Shown in pieces: positions 62,831 to 64,000 of a stretch of DNA of 64,000 nt; position 1 is the first letter of the stretch; every line of letters begins with the position of its first letter. The translations under genes were made by a program, and so were the position numbers. The notes beneath the pieces were generated by a model. That model searched no databases. It saw only the letters and a list, made by a program, of their open reading frames with translations, and was not told the origin of the DNA. The stretch comes from Vicugna vicugna (taxonomy: Eukaryota). The stretch covers positions 320,048 through 384,047 of the forward strand of contig MU057947.1 of the NCBI GenBank assembly GCA_013265495.1, given 5' to 3'.

Positions 62831-63574
62831 TATTTTTCCATCTGAAAAAAGCTGGAGAGAGAGATCATAATGGGAGGTTACAGATGAGCTCCTCAATTTG
62901 CTGGTCAGGAAACAGACGCCCAGGGGTCTGCACAGCTCCAAGCCGCACTCATCGGAGACAAGCTCCTCTGTAGGGCTTGTCGCTCAGTATTTGTTAATTG
63001 CATCCACTCCCATTAATTAATTAATTCTAGAGGGATATTATTTTCTAAGTAGAAGTGTGTCCTGGGGAAAATCACTGCTCCCCTCTTTCACCCAACAAGG
63101 CTCCGGTCGGGAAAACAGACAAGAAATGATCCCAGTGCCACGTGGTAAGTGTTTAATACCCCATGCGTGCAACACTCCCAGAAAACAATTTTTAGAAGAA
63201 AAAGATAACCTGCTGGTTAAAAAGTAACCACCCGCCACATGATAAGGATTAACAGATTCATTTGGTGAAACCATTTCTGCTACCATTTCACTCTATGAAA
63301 TTTCACTTGCAGACACACTCCAGCAAAATTAGCACATCTTCAGAATGGCCCAAAATATGGTTAAAGTTTTGTCAGCCTAGGTGTGGAGGAATCAGCCCTG
63401 TGGTCGAGGCCTCCTGACGTGAGCTCGGAAGAACACCTCCATGGTTGGGCCACACCGGCCACTCCTGCAGGAAGTCGGAACCTTTCCTCTGGGGTCCATT
63501 TCTCTCTTTCTGCCCCAGCCTCTGGCAGGTTATATGGAGCCAAAGATAAGATCCCCACACAGAAAGTCTGAAGT

Positions 63575-63665
63575 CCAGGGCCTCATCCTTCCGCCCTCTG
63601 TGCCGCTGATCCTGGACCGCACCTTAGTCATCCTCTGCCTCAGTTTACCCGTCTGTAACATGACA
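63575..63665 (+). mobile_element. MIR fragment
   Basis: ctctgcctcagtttacccgtctgtaacatg. Confidence 0.55.
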
Positions 63666-64000
63666 GCAGATCTCTGTAAATGCACGCTTTAGTTCTTCAC
63701 TTCCGTGGCTTCTTTAAAGCTTAACACAACAGGAATAATTCCACTAGATCCTATCAACTCAACCTAAATCACTTGCTGGTATAAAGATAAATTGGAAATA
63801 CTAATGCTTCATGAATACATTACTCTGTACTTCTTTTACTTAGTGAAACATTTAATTAGTATTTACTAGAAAATTACTATCAATTACTAAAAATGACTCC
63901 AAATTACTAGCAAAATGGATAAATTTTCTCTCTACCACTAAAATAAATTCAATTACTAACTTTAAGTAATTGCGGGTAATTTATTTCTTGGAGGGCAGAG

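Noticed and set aside
1..64000. Naming the host gene or claiming an imprinted DMR
   Set aside because: No recognisable coding exon, and sequence alone cannot show methylation; any gene name would be a guess

Overview
Mammalian genomic DNA that appears almost entirely non-coding. It is probably camelid, inferred from two tRNA-Ala-derived Vic-1-like SINEs. No prokaryotic-type system (operon, CRISPR, IS) is present, and I recognise no protein-coding exon of a known gene; the ORF track looks like noise from GC-rich and repeat sequence. Much of the window is decayed interspersed repeat: L1 fragments of several ages (including a ~5.5 kb near-full-length ancient L1 with nested insertions and visible TSDs), L2, MIR, MLT1 LTRs and hAT elements. 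L1 copies lie almost all on the + strand, which suggests the window sits in long intron(s) of a minus-strand transcription unit. The most notable unique-sequence signals are: (i) a promoter-like module at ~57.6-58.4 kb with nine same-orientation GC/GT boxes, a YY1-type motif and a splice donor; (ii) a two-exon minus-strand 139-codon ORF at 16863-15871 with strong Kozak and splice signals but no recognisable homology; (iii) several further minus-strand exon-like units; (iv) a dense E-box cluster at ~61.7 kb; and (v) AT-rich homeodomain/forkhead-motif blocks resembling developmental enhancers. Repeat subfamily names and boundaries are by eye and approximate, and every regulatory or exon call is a hypothesis.
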